Positions 19,431 to 29,005 of a DNA stretch of 64,000 nt are shown piece by piece. The notes below the pieces were generated by a model that did no database searches, was not told the DNA's origin, and saw nothing but the letters and a program-made list of their open reading frames with translations. A program made the position numbers and the translations under genes. Numbering within the stretch: the stretch's first letter is position 1; each line of letters starts with the position of its first letter. Source of the DNA: an uncultured delta proteobacterium (GTDB lineage: Bacteria; Bdellovibrionota; FAC87; UBA2466); contig CAVZSV010000004.1 of NCBI GenBank assembly GCA_963778115.1, forward strand, positions 1,216,001 through 1,280,000, read 5' to 3'.

Positions 19431-21539
19431 TTAGCCATTGTCCGGGGGAACGTTGTAATAGAGCAATACTTTCTCCGCTATCTCTTTAAAGACCGGAGCT
19501 GCGTGACTCGAACCATGAGCCTGGTGATTTTTATTATCCTTGGGGTTCATCACTCCCACGTAGGCCACGAGTCTGGGATTGTCCAACGGAGCAAATCCTA
19601 CGAATCCAGCCATCTGAGATTCTCCGGGGTTCTGATCATGATCGGGGAAATCCGGACTGTAGGCCGTGCTCGTTTTTCCCGCCAGACGATACAACGAACG
19701 CTTAATGCTGGAAGCCGTACCCCGAACCGTCACTTGTCCTAGGATACGTTTCATCTCATCCGCTGCCTGCGGAGTAATCACCTGCCGAATGATTTGTATC
19801 GACGAGGTGGGGGCATCGTTCGAAAGCGGACGCATCAGCTTGCCCCCGTTTGCAATAGCGCCGAAAGCTTGCACCACTTCCAGGGGACTCATGTGAATTC
19901 CCCCAAAGCCCACCCCAACGGTAGCAGTAAAAAAATCGGGTGAAGTTGTGGTCGTGGACAAGAAGGTCCCCGCTCGGCTTTCGGGAAAATCCGCCGTGGT
20001 TCCGTCCGGCCCGATTCCAAAGTCAGAAAGTGCCTGCACCAACCCCTCGAATCCTAACTTTTGAGCCACTTTGATTCCACAAATGTTGCTAGACATGATC
20101 ACCGTATCGGCGGTGGAGAGTCTATCAAAGGGCTTCCAGTCACCGAAGTCGTGTCCTTCGATTCGATAATGGCCATTCTCACAGTTAAACATCTCGTTGG
20201 GAGTTGTCTTTCCGTGAGAAAGCGCAGCGGCTGCCACAAGCGCCTTCATGGTGGAGGCAGGCTCCACGCGCAAGGAGAGGGCCCAATGCGGCGAGGAAAA
20301 TTTGGTATTTAGCCTTTGCCGATTGGCCACAGCTAAAATCTTTCCCGTCCGCGGATCTCCCACTACCGCAAAGACCATATCGGCTTGATACCTATCCAGA
20401 GCGGCTTCCACCGCGTTGTCGGCGATCTCCTCGATAGTCTCATCAACTACGATTTGGCCTGAATTCGGCTGACCGTCATCTTGCCGCATCACCTCTTGGG
20501 CTCCATACGCCAACAAGAACGATACGGTTCCCATGAGTAAACCTAGAGCCACCTTCCAGCGCCATGGTGGCCGAACTGCTTTGGGTTGAAATAACATTTC
20601 GATTCTCCTTCTAAGGAACGATTTGAAGTGGCGAGTGTTGTGAGAAGGAGACGACATGCACGCGGCGCCCACGTGCCGTCGCCCATCCCAGAGAGCGGCT
20701 TCCGCCACTTTTAATAAGCAGCTCCCGTATTCATGCGAGCTAATGCCTCGTCGGCCGATGAGAGCATCGTCACAAGAAAGTTCTTGAAGTTCGGTAATCG
20801 TATTTCGCCATCGATAAATGAAAGGATTCAGGAAAAATAAAATTTCAAAAAATTCAATTGCCAGAACCCAACGCGTGTCCCCCTGGCGGTGGTGTTGCAG
20901 CTCATGCTGAATGGCTATTTGAAAATCGCGCGGCAAAGCGACAAGTGAACTGGGAATTACCGCCCAGAATCGCCGCCAGGTTCGAGTAGAAAAGGGAACG
21001 GTACTTTCGTCGGATACTGCAACCACGACTCCTCGAACGGATTTAAGTTGCGTTGACTCTGATAGCAATCTTCTAAGGTCAAGATACCTTAGCAGGAAGC
21101 GGCAGGAGCAAAACACGATTCCCAATCCTAGAAAAATAACAACCGCATATTTCCAGGGCCACGCTTTAACCGACTTAATCCATTTGCTATAAAAAGCAGC
21201 ATCGCTATTAATTCTACCGACTATAGGGACCGAGGTTGGAACGACCAATTGGGAGAGCGATGCTGAGTGTTTGAGAATCTTTCCCGAAAACTCGGCCAAA
21301 GGCTGTCGGATCTGTAGCGGCATTTTCGGAACCTGCCGGGAGGGCAAGATCGCAAAAGAGACGCTCAAAATCATTCCCAGCGTGAGAGTCGTTTGGGCGG
21401 TTCTTAGCCAAACAATTGCCGGCAGACGGAACTTTCCTTTTTCCAGTCCGATGCGAATCGCTTGAAAGGCGACAAACGAGAGGGCTAGGAAAGCGTTTAC
21501 TTCCAAACCTACTTTTAGAAAGAACTCGATTCCGCTCAC
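19431..21539 (-). CDS. BlaR1/MecR1-like M56 metallopeptidase fused to a penicillin-binding transpeptidase domain
   Basis: N-terminal TM helices, HELQH zinc motif, FFLNP, QELSCD and YGSCLL. C-terminal STMK, SSN and KTS motifs. Start overlaps the repressor stop codon. Confidence 0.9.
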   Translation of the reverse strand: MSGIEFFLKVGLEVNAFLALSFVAFQAIRIGLEKGKFRLPAIVWLRTAQTTLTLGMILSVSFAILPSRQVPKMPLQIRQPLAEFSGKILKHSASLSQLVVPTSVPIVGRINSDAAFYSKWIKSVKAWPWKYAVVIFLGLGIVFCSCRFLLRYLDLRRLLSESTQLKSVRGVVVAVSDESTVPFSTRTWRRFWAVIPSSLVALPRDFQIAIQHELQHHRQGDTRWVLAIEFFEILFFLNPFIYRWRNTITELQELSCDDALIGRRGISSHEYGSCLLKVAEAALWDGRRHVGAACMSSPSHNTRHFKSFLRRRIEMLFQPKAVRPPWRWKVALGLLMGTVSFLLAYGAQEVMRQDDGQPNSGQIVVDETIEEIADNAVEAALDRYQADMVFAVVGDPRTGKILAVANRQRLNTKFSSPHWALSLRVEPASTMKALVAAAALSHGKTTPNEMFNCENGHYRIEGHDFGDWKPFDRLSTADTVIMSSNICGIKVAQKLGFEGLVQALSDFGIGPDGTTADFPESRAGTFLSTTTTSPDFFTATVGVGFGGIHMSPLEVVQAFGAIANGGKLMRPLSNDAPTSSIQIIRQVITPQAADEMKRILGQVTVRGTASSIKRSLYRLAGKTSTAYSPDFPDHDQNPGESQMAGFVGFAPLDNPRLVAYVGVMNPKDNKNHQAHGSSHAAPVFKEIAEKVLLYYNVPPDNG

Positions 21540-21952
21540 GGATTTAGCCTTTCGTTGAGCAATGCGCGAATAGACTCCAACTCGGTTTTAGAAATTTCGG
21601 ACTCTTCCAGAAGGCGCATCACCATTGAGGATGGACTTCCCTGAAACACTTTCTCCGCCAAGTGTTTCAGGCTCTTCCCTTCATAGTCGGATCGAGCGAC
21701 ACAGGGGCGGTAGGTGTGCGCTTTATCGAGCCTCTCGCTCTTGAGAAAGCCTTTCTCCTCTAAGATCTTCATCATCGTGGCAACTGAGGTGTAAGCCAGC
21801 GGCCTTTCTTTCGGCAGCGCATTCTGTACGTCCTTAACGGTACAGGACTCGAAACTCCAGACGAGATTCATAATCTCAAGTTCGAGTTCGGTGAGAAGTT
21901 TTTCGTTTTTGACACCTCTGCTGGTTTTTTTTTCTGTCTTATTTTTCATCAT
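21536..21952 (-). CDS. BlaI/MecI/CopY family transcriptional repressor
   Basis: LTELELEIMNLVW, LAYTSVATMMKILEEKG, AHTYRP and VFQGS motifs. Confidence 0.95.
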   Translation of the reverse strand: MMKNKTEKKTSRGVKNEKLLTELELEIMNLVWSFESCTVKDVQNALPKERPLAYTSVATMMKILEEKGFLKSERLDKAHTYRPCVARSDYEGKSLKHLAEKVFQGSPSSMVMRLLEESEISKTELESIRALLNERLNP

Positions 21953-21962
21953 AGGTTTAGTT

Positions 21963-22002
21963 TACTAAAGTTTTAGTAGATGTCTACTAAATATTTAGTA
22001 GA
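21963..22002. promoter_or_regulatory. Tandem palindromic operator, two copies of TACTAAA-N2-TTTAGTA
   Basis: TACTAAAGTTTTAGTA (21963-21978) and the perfect palindrome TCTACTAAATATTTAGTAGA (21983-22002). Centres are 22 bp apart, immediately upstream of the repressor start. Confidence 0.85.
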
Positions 22003-22121
22003 TAAACGACTCTCCCTGTGAGAATACTAAGTGCCCCTCAAGAAATCCCGCGGACCAACGCACCCGGTCTTGCGCAAAGCATCACCCCCACCTACTCTCG
22101 CGTTTTAGATCGGGGGCTGTC

Positions 22122-22703
22122 ATGACAAGGATCTCTCTACTAGCTGTTGGATTAACGCTATTAACTTCAGTCGCACAAAGCGGTGCCATTCCCCCTAACC
22201 TTTACGTTAGCCGTGTTCAGGAGTTTTCGACTCAGACACAAAAAACCACCTTAGAAGCTCTCAACCAAGCGCTACCGCTGGTCGGAAATTGCTATATTTC
22301 GGATCGTATCTATGGAGGACAACAACCTCCCGTTCAAGAATGGCTTCAATACAGCAATGCGATCGAGAGTACGGGAGCTACTGGAATTCGATGGTACGCT
22401 TCCGTTGGGGTTGATGAATATGTGAACAAACCGTTGTCCTTTATCCGGGAGGTCAACGAAGATAAAGCCAGTTTCGGCCCCCTTCTCATTACCGAAGAGG
22501 GAGACCTGGGTTACGTAGATACCAATCTAGACATCGACCAAACCACGGTACGTATCCGCCAGAACACACAAAACAGCCATTGGATGCTTTGGTATCAACA
22601 CCGCACCAAAGGGCCCGTACAAGAGCTATATCAGGCCCAGTACCAAATCCAGCATGTGCAAGACTACCTCTGCGAGTATGACGCGCAGCCGGTCTCTCCC
22701 TGA
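22122..22703 (+). CDS. Hypothetical exported protein divergent from the BlaI-like gene
   Basis: GGGGG RBS-like run, signal peptide, two Cys, Tyr/Gln-rich composition. Confidence 0.75.
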   Translation: MTRISLLAVGLTLLTSVAQSGAIPPNLYVSRVQEFSTQTQKTTLEALNQALPLVGNCYISDRIYGGQQPPVQEWLQYSNAIESTGATGIRWYASVGVDEYVNKPLSFIREVNEDKASFGPLLITEEGDLGYVDTNLDIDQTTVRIRQNTQNSHWMLWYQHRTKGPVQELYQAQYQIQHVQDYLCEYDAQPVSP

Positions 22704-22901
22704 TTGAAGTTAACAATTGTGAAGTTATCCTCATCTTCGTAGAAAAAGAATTCCACCTACTCCATCAATTTTTTACCTTTTTCGATTAGCCTTAATTCAG
22801 ACGACAGTTTGGCCTCGGAAGGATCGTACCTAAACAAATGGATCCTGCCTTCCGATTAACATTTGTGAAGAACGCCCGCGGGCTAAACCAGGACTAAAAA
22901 A

Positions 22902-23480
22902 ATGCCAATTCGAACCGTAGCTCATTTAAAGAAGTTTCTCGACGAAACCACTTGGTCGCCTGAACGCCTTTCCAAAGAAGCAAACATCTCAGGCATGACC
23001 ATTCGACGTTGGCTTCGCTGTCCCTCCAACACCGAAATTGCCGCCAAGCATCATGCCAATTTGGATCGGGTGAGTGGGTTGGAAACCCTACTTCCCCCTT
23101 CGTTTTCTATTCCTGGTCTCGATTCAGGATCCTCCTTCCAGGAGCTTCTGGAACAGATCGAAAAAGACGGTAAGAGCTATACGGATCTGAAAAAGCTGGA
23201 AGACGATACGAAAGTTAAGTTTAAGGATAAGAACGTCGGCAAAGAACTTCGCGAGCAGGTCAAACTGGTTTTGAAGAGTGCCGTCTCCAAGAAACTCCCC
23301 CTCAAGTACAAAGCACTTGCGGTAGGTGCCATTCTTTATTTTATCAACCCGTTCGATCTTATTCCGGACAGCATTCCTGTCGTGGGATATCTCGATGATT
23401 TTGCGGTTTTGACACTCGTTTCAGGCATCATTCTAAAATACTACAAGACACATCCGGATGATTCACCCACAGCAAGCTAG
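22902..23480 (+). CDS. HTH domain fused to a DUF1232 (YkvA-like) domain
   Basis: WSPERLSKEANISGMTIRRWL HTH-like segment and the DUF1232 signature LYFINPFDLIPDSIPVVGYLDD. Confidence 0.85.
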   Translation: MPIRTVAHLKKFLDETTWSPERLSKEANISGMTIRRWLRCPSNTEIAAKHHANLDRVSGLETLLPPSFSIPGLDSGSSFQELLEQIEKDGKSYTDLKKLEDDTKVKFKDKNVGKELREQVKLVLKSAVSKKLPLKYKALAVGAILYFINPFDLIPDSIPVVGYLDDFAVLTLVSGIILKYYKTHPDDSPTAS

Positions 23481-23516
23481 AGAACTTTTGGATTACCTAA
23501 GCTCACAGAGGGCTTT

Positions 23517-24782
23517 ATGGGATTGGTACAAAAAACATTCTTGCACTTCACTCTGCTTGTCCCTGCTTTTTTGGGCTATGCCACTTTTGCCGACACCCTA
23601 TCCGTAAAGCAGGCGATCGAACTTGCTCAAAGTAAGAATCCCGATATTCGATCGCTCGAACACCAACTGGAATCTTCCGAAGCTAAAACCCGACAAGCAT
23701 TGGCGCCGTCAGAGCCCTCTTTGCAAATTAACTACAACGACATGCCTTCGTTAACAAATCCTCGCCAAGCAGCAAGCACCGTTTACGAAATTACTCAGCC
23801 CATCGCATTTCCCGGAAAAGCATTTGTCAGCCAATCAGCACTTAGAAATCAATCCAAAGCCGTGTTTCACCAATTGCGTTCGAAACGACTGGCGGTGTCT
23901 GTCGCGGTGAGAACAGCCTACTACAATCTGGCACTGGCAAGAAAAAATATAGATCTCAACCTAGATCAAAAGCGATCGTACGAACAAATTCTCGCTGTCG
24001 CCAAACGAAGATATGAGGCGGGAAGTATTACCCAGGTGGATCTAATGATCGCCCAAAGTTCGATTTACTCAAATGCTAATGATCTCACCGATCTTAAAGC
24101 CGGTGAGAGAACGACCTTATCCCAACTAAACCTACTTTTGGGAAATCCTGCGTTTCAGCAGCTAGACATCGATGCCTTGCAGATGCCCCAGCTTAAACCC
24201 TTTGATCGTGAAGAAGCGATAAAGCAGATGGTTTCCAACCAGCCAGAAATTCAGACTGCTACTTATCAGGAGAAAGCCGCCGAGAATAGTTTGACGTCCG
24301 CCTATATGAGTCTGCTTCCGGATTTTCAGATCTTTGGCGGCGTATCCTACTACAATGTTCCAGGAGCCACTCCGGTCAGCGGTATCAATCAAACTTATAT
24401 GGCGGGAATTCAACTTACGATTCCGATTTGGGCTTTCTTCGATCAGCGGGAAGGGATCACCTCAGCCGTGCATGACAAAGCAACGGCCGAAGCCGCCTTG
24501 GACTCTCAACTCCTACAATCAAAGACCGCGATGGAAAGCACGCTTCAATCGCTAACGGCGTTTGAAACCAAACTCAAAAATTACCACGAACACTTAATTC
24601 CCTTAGCCGATCAAACGCTCAACCTAGCCCTTACCAACTACAGTGCCGGAAAGATCGATTTCCAAGCCCTTAGTGATGCGGCATCAGCGTGGCGTACGAC
24701 GAAAACCGCCTACTACTCCATGGTCGTAAACTATCTCACTACCTATTACTCGGTAGGGCAACTTACCGGAGAAGAATTATGA
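23517..24782 (+). CDS. TolC-family outer membrane efflux protein
   Basis: Signal peptide, LSVKQAIELAQSKNP, VRTAYYNL, RYEAG and YSAG repeats. First gene of a tripartite efflux set. Confidence 0.92.
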   Translation: MGLVQKTFLHFTLLVPAFLGYATFADTLSVKQAIELAQSKNPDIRSLEHQLESSEAKTRQALAPSEPSLQINYNDMPSLTNPRQAASTVYEITQPIAFPGKAFVSQSALRNQSKAVFHQLRSKRLAVSVAVRTAYYNLALARKNIDLNLDQKRSYEQILAVAKRRYEAGSITQVDLMIAQSSIYSNANDLTDLKAGERTTLSQLNLLLGNPAFQQLDIDALQMPQLKPFDREEAIKQMVSNQPEIQTATYQEKAAENSLTSAYMSLLPDFQIFGGVSYYNVPGATPVSGINQTYMAGIQLTIPIWAFFDQREGITSAVHDKATAEAALDSQLLQSKTAMESTLQSLTAFETKLKNYHEHLIPLADQTLNLALTNYSAGKIDFQALSDAASAWRTTKTAYYSMVVNYLTTYYSVGQLTGEEL

Positions 24783-25852
24783 TGAAGCCCTTTCGCACAG
24801 TAGCGATCCTCCTCTTTCCTTTGGCAATGCTCTCTTGTACCAAACAAGCGGTAAAGGAAGTGAGCCTCGTCGAAAGAGTCAATGACTCCTCACTTAAGGT
24901 TCAGCCCGAAGCGATGAAGAACTTGACCGTAGGGAAGGCCGAGATGAGAGAGCTTCCCGAACGGATGGATCTTATGGGGCGCATAAGCGTCACCGAGGAT
25001 CGTACCACGGTAGTTCCCGCTCGCGTCGGAGGGCGCACCGAAGCCATTTTCCTCGCTTCGGGAGAGACGGTGAAAAAGGGGCAGAAGATGGCAAGCCTCT
25101 TTAGCCCCGATTTTATCTCCGCCAGAGAAGAGTATTTACAGTCGTTAAAGCAAGCTCGCTTCGTTTCCACTGACGGCGAGAACACCGACTTCGGTACCTT
25201 TTCTCAACTCGCCCGAAAAAAGCTTGAGACCATGGGACTTTCCAAACACGATATCGACAATCTTTCGGCCGAAGGAGCACAGGAAAAAAATTTCATTGTC
25301 CGCTCACCTCGAGACGGCGTCATTATCGCCAAGGGAGCCATGCTAGGAAATTTAGTCAACGTAGGAGACAACCTTTTCACCGTTGCCGATATCAGCAAGG
25401 TCTGGTTTTCGGGCGATCTGTACTCAGAGGACCTCCCCCGAGTCCACTTGGACCAAGAGGTGACCATCGACGGAATTCCGGGGGGAGAGCCTATCCACGG
25501 AAAGATCTCTTTTATTAGCCCCGTCGTGGATCCGACCGCTAGAACCATCAAAATACGAGCGCTCATGGACAATGAAAACGAATTGCTTAGAGCCGACATG
25601 TACGTTCATGGCGGTATCATCCTGAGCCGAAAGCAAGCGCTGGTTATCCCCACCACTTCTATTATCCGAAGCGGAACAAACGAATTCGTCTATAAGCGCA
25701 CCGCGAACAACGTCTTAAGCAGAGTCCCGGTCAAAACCAAAGAAGAGTTTCAAAACCTTACCGCCATCGAAAGCGGCATCAATGCCGGAGACGACATCGT
25801 TACCGACGGAGGACTCTTTTTGGAGGCGGCGCTCAACTCTGCCGGGAATTAA
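24779..25852 (+). CDS. RND periplasmic adaptor (CusB/CzcB-like lipoprotein)
   Basis: Lipobox MLSC, ARVGG, VKKGQ, RSPRDG, ADISKVW and PVVDPTART. The ATG at 24779 overlaps the TolC stop. Confidence 0.93.
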   Translation: MMKPFRTVAILLFPLAMLSCTKQAVKEVSLVERVNDSSLKVQPEAMKNLTVGKAEMRELPERMDLMGRISVTEDRTTVVPARVGGRTEAIFLASGETVKKGQKMASLFSPDFISAREEYLQSLKQARFVSTDGENTDFGTFSQLARKKLETMGLSKHDIDNLSAEGAQEKNFIVRSPRDGVIIAKGAMLGNLVNVGDNLFTVADISKVWFSGDLYSEDLPRVHLDQEVTIDGIPGGEPIHGKISFISPVVDPTARTIKIRALMDNENELLRADMYVHGGIILSRKQALVIPTTSIIRSGTNEFVYKRTANNVLSRVPVKTKEEFQNLTAIESGINAGDDIVTDGGLFLEAALNSAGN

Positions 25853-25855
25853 ACC

Positions 25856-28800
25856 ATGATTCACAAGATCATTGCCTTCTCCCTAGCAAACCGCGCTTTG
25901 GTCATCTGCTTTACGATCGCTTTGTTCATCGGCGGTGTCATTGCCTATAAGAATCTTCCTATCGAAGCCTATCCCGATATCGCTGACACCCAGGTCCAGG
26001 TGATTTCACAATGGCCCGGACACGCCGCTGAGGAACTCGAACGCCAGATTACCGTCCCACTGGAGATTGCTCTTAACTCGACCCCTCACCATACTCATTT
26101 GAGATCCCTCTCCCTACCCGGTCTGTCGGTTATCACACTTATCTTCGATGAAAACACGAACTCCTTCGTCGCACGTCAGAGCGTTCTTGAAAAATTGCAG
26201 CAGGTCACCCTACCCGCCAACGTGCAGCCCACCATGGCTCCAGACTCTAGTCCCGTAGGACAACTCTACTGGTATGTGCTCGACTCAAAAACGCGAACCC
26301 CGATGGAACTGAAAGAGATTGAGGATTGGGAATTAGAAAAGCGCTGGAAAGAGGTCCCCGGAATTGCCGACGTCTCGAGTTTTGGCGGCATGGTCAAGCA
26401 ATACCAAGTGCTCATTAACCCCACCGCACTTGGAAACTTTGGGCTTGCGACCTCCAATGTCGTTCAGGCTATTGCCTCCAATAATCAAAATTCAGGTGGC
26501 GGCTTTCTCGCCCGAGGCCTTCAGTCGTACAACATCCGCGGAGTAGGAAAAGCAAACAGCATCACCGATCTTGAAAAGATCGTGGTCACCGCCAAGAATG
26601 GAACTCCTATCAGAGTGGGGAACTTGGGAAATGTGGTGATCGGAGAACAACCCCGGTTAGGCGCAATATCAATGGCAGAGCGCGAACCCGACGGGACCAT
26701 CGATGACAGGGACGAAGTTGTCGAAGGCGTCGTGCTCTCCAGGACCGGCGAGATAGACCAACAGGTGCTAGATCGCATTCACGAAAAGAAAGAAGACATT
26801 GAAAAAAACTTTCTTCCCCGCGACGTTAGGATAAAGCCCTATTTGGACCGCTCCGATCTTATCCGCCTCACTTCCGAAACGGTGCAAGAGAATATGGTGA
26901 CCGGAATGCTTCTGGTCTCAGTCATATTACTATTCTTCTTAGGTAATATGAGAAGTGCTCTCATCGTCGCCGCAACGATTCCTTTATCGCTACTTTTCGC
27001 ATCCATCCTACTCGATGTAAGAAAGATTCCTGCGAATCTGTTGTCCTTAGGAGCCCTCGATTTTGGAATGATCGTGGACGGGGCCGTTGTCATGGTCGAA
27101 AACATTTTTAGACACCGTCGAGAAAAACAGGAATCGGGGCAGTCAGTACAAATGTTATCCCTCATTCTTGAAGCCGCAGCTGAAGTCGAGCGGCCCATTG
27201 TCTACGCCATTGCGATTATTATTCTAGCCTACTTGCCAGTATTTACCCTCCAACGCATTGAAGGACGTCTTTTTTCGCCACTGGCTTGGACGATTGCCTT
27301 TGCACTTTTGGGTTCGCTGGTATTGGTCCTCACGGTAACTCCGGTTCTTTGTTTCTATTTCCTGAAAGGGGATCTCAAAGAGTGGCACAACCCCATATTG
27401 AAAGTGGTACAGGATCGATACCGCCTGGGATTAGACTGGGCGCTCGACAATAAAGCAAAAGTGATTGGCGTTGCCGTCGTGAGCTTCATAGCAAGCCTTT
27501 ATCTTGCCCTTGGAGGTCCCATCGGATCGGAATTTTTGCCTCATCTCGACGAAGGTGCCATATGGCTTAGAGGTACCTTACCCCCCAGCACTTCACACGC
27601 CACCGCTAAAGAGTTCGTAAAGAAAATAAGAGCCATCATAATGGAATTCACCGAAGTTCCCATCACCGTTTGCCAGATTGGCAGACCCGATGACGGCACT
27701 GATGCCACCGGATTTTTCAATACCGAATGCTTTGTAAATCTTAAGCCTCGAAAGCAATGGCGCCCGCAATTCCATACTAAAGAAGACCTTATCACTGCCA
27801 TGAATAACGAACTTCAAAAGATTCCGGGAGTCATATGGAATTTCTCCCAGCCTATTTCTGACAACGTCGAAGAAGCGATGTCCGGAGTTAAAGGGGAACT
27901 CGTCGTTAAGGTTTTCGGAGAGGATCTTAAAACCCTCTCAGATAAGGCCCATGAGATTAAAACCGTCATGTCAGGGGTGAAAGGGATAGAAGATTTAGGC
28001 GTCTTTGATGTTCTGGGGCAGCCCAATATCGATATCGAGGTCAATCGAGACACCATTTCACGCTACGGACTTAATGTGTCTGATGTTCAAGATGTCATAG
28101 AGACCGCTGTCGGAGGAAAGACGGCGTCCCAGATGGTAGAAGGCGAAAAGAGTTTTGATATCGTGGTTCGCTACCAACCGCAGTTTAGAAACCAAATCGA
28201 TCAGATCCGCCGCATCACCGTGGCCACTCCCGACGGTTACCGCATTCCCTTGGATGAACTGGCTTCTTTTAAGATCACCGACGGAGCTTCAATGATCTAT
28301 CGGGAAAACAACGGGCGTTATATCGCCGTAAAATTCAGTGTCAGAGGCAGAGACTTGGCTAGTTCCATCGCCGAAGCACAAAAACAGGTAGCAAGAAAAA
28401 TTCAACTTCCTCCGCGCTATCGATTGGACTGGAGTGGCGAGTTTGAAAGTGAACAGCGCGCCGAAGCCAGACTTGCCATCGTGATTCCTTTAACGGTACT
28501 TGCGATCTATTTTGTTCTTTATCTGATGTTCCAGTCGGCGGCATGGGCCTTTATCCTTATGGCTTGCGTGATCACCGCTCGCATCGGCGGTGTTTTAGCC
28601 CTTTGGATTACGGGAACTAACTTCAGCGTCTCTTCGGGAATCGGATTTCTTGCCGTGTTTGGAGTTTCCATCCAAACCGGAGTTATTTTAGTCTCTTGTG
28701 TGGATCAACTTCGAAAGTCAGGGATGCCACTTCGAGACGCCATCCTTCAAGGGTGCGTCAAGCGAGTCCGCCCTATCCTCATGACGGCCCTGGTCGCCAC

Positions 28801-29005
28801 TTTCGGCCTACTTCCGGCGGCCCTCTCCCACGGAATCGGTTCCGACTCCCAACGGCCGATGGCGATCGTCATCGTAGGGGGATTACTAACCGACTTAATC
28901 TTTAGCTTCTTTCTCTTGCCGGTGCTCTATCACTGGTTCGCGAAACGCGAAGACGATAAAGGGCCTTGTCCGCTGCCGGAAGGCAACGAGGTAAAAGCGG
29001 CTTAG
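25856..29005 (+). CDS. CusA/CzcA-family heavy-metal RND permease
   Basis: 1049 aa with LPIEAYPDI, ANLLSLGALDFGMIVDGAVVMVEN, GSEFLPHLDEG and RVRPILMTA. Confidence 0.95.
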   Translation: MIHKIIAFSLANRALVICFTIALFIGGVIAYKNLPIEAYPDIADTQVQVISQWPGHAAEELERQITVPLEIALNSTPHHTHLRSLSLPGLSVITLIFDENTNSFVARQSVLEKLQQVTLPANVQPTMAPDSSPVGQLYWYVLDSKTRTPMELKEIEDWELEKRWKEVPGIADVSSFGGMVKQYQVLINPTALGNFGLATSNVVQAIASNNQNSGGGFLARGLQSYNIRGVGKANSITDLEKIVVTAKNGTPIRVGNLGNVVIGEQPRLGAISMAEREPDGTIDDRDEVVEGVVLSRTGEIDQQVLDRIHEKKEDIEKNFLPRDVRIKPYLDRSDLIRLTSETVQENMVTGMLLVSVILLFFLGNMRSALIVAATIPLSLLFASILLDVRKIPANLLSLGALDFGMIVDGAVVMVENIFRHRREKQESGQSVQMLSLILEAAAEVERPIVYAIAIIILAYLPVFTLQRIEGRLFSPLAWTIAFALLGSLVLVLTVTPVLCFYFLKGDLKEWHNPILKVVQDRYRLGLDWALDNKAKVIGVAVVSFIASLYLALGGPIGSEFLPHLDEGAIWLRGTLPPSTSHATAKEFVKKIRAIIMEFTEVPITVCQIGRPDDGTDATGFFNTECFVNLKPRKQWRPQFHTKEDLITAMNNELQKIPGVIWNFSQPISDNVEEAMSGVKGELVVKVFGEDLKTLSDKAHEIKTVMSGVKGIEDLGVFDVLGQPNIDIEVNRDTISRYGLNVSDVQDVIETAVGGKTASQMVEGEKSFDIVVRYQPQFRNQIDQIRRITVATPDGYRIPLDELASFKITDGASMIYRENNGRYIAVKFSVRGRDLASSIAEAQKQVARKIQLPPRYRLDWSGEFESEQRAEARLAIVIPLTVLAIYFVLYLMFQSAAWAFILMACVITARIGGVLALWITGTNFSVSSGIGFLAVFGVSIQTGVILVSCVDQLRKSGMPLRDAILQGCVKRVRPILMTALVATFGLLPAALSHGIGSDSQRPMAIVIVGGLLTDLIFSFFLLPVLYHWFAKREDDKGPCPLPEGNEVKAA

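Noticed and set aside
24689..24778. Extended N-terminus of the RND adaptor from the ORF track
   Set aside because: It overlaps the TolC gene by about 90 bp. The lipoprotein signal begins at the ATG at 24779.
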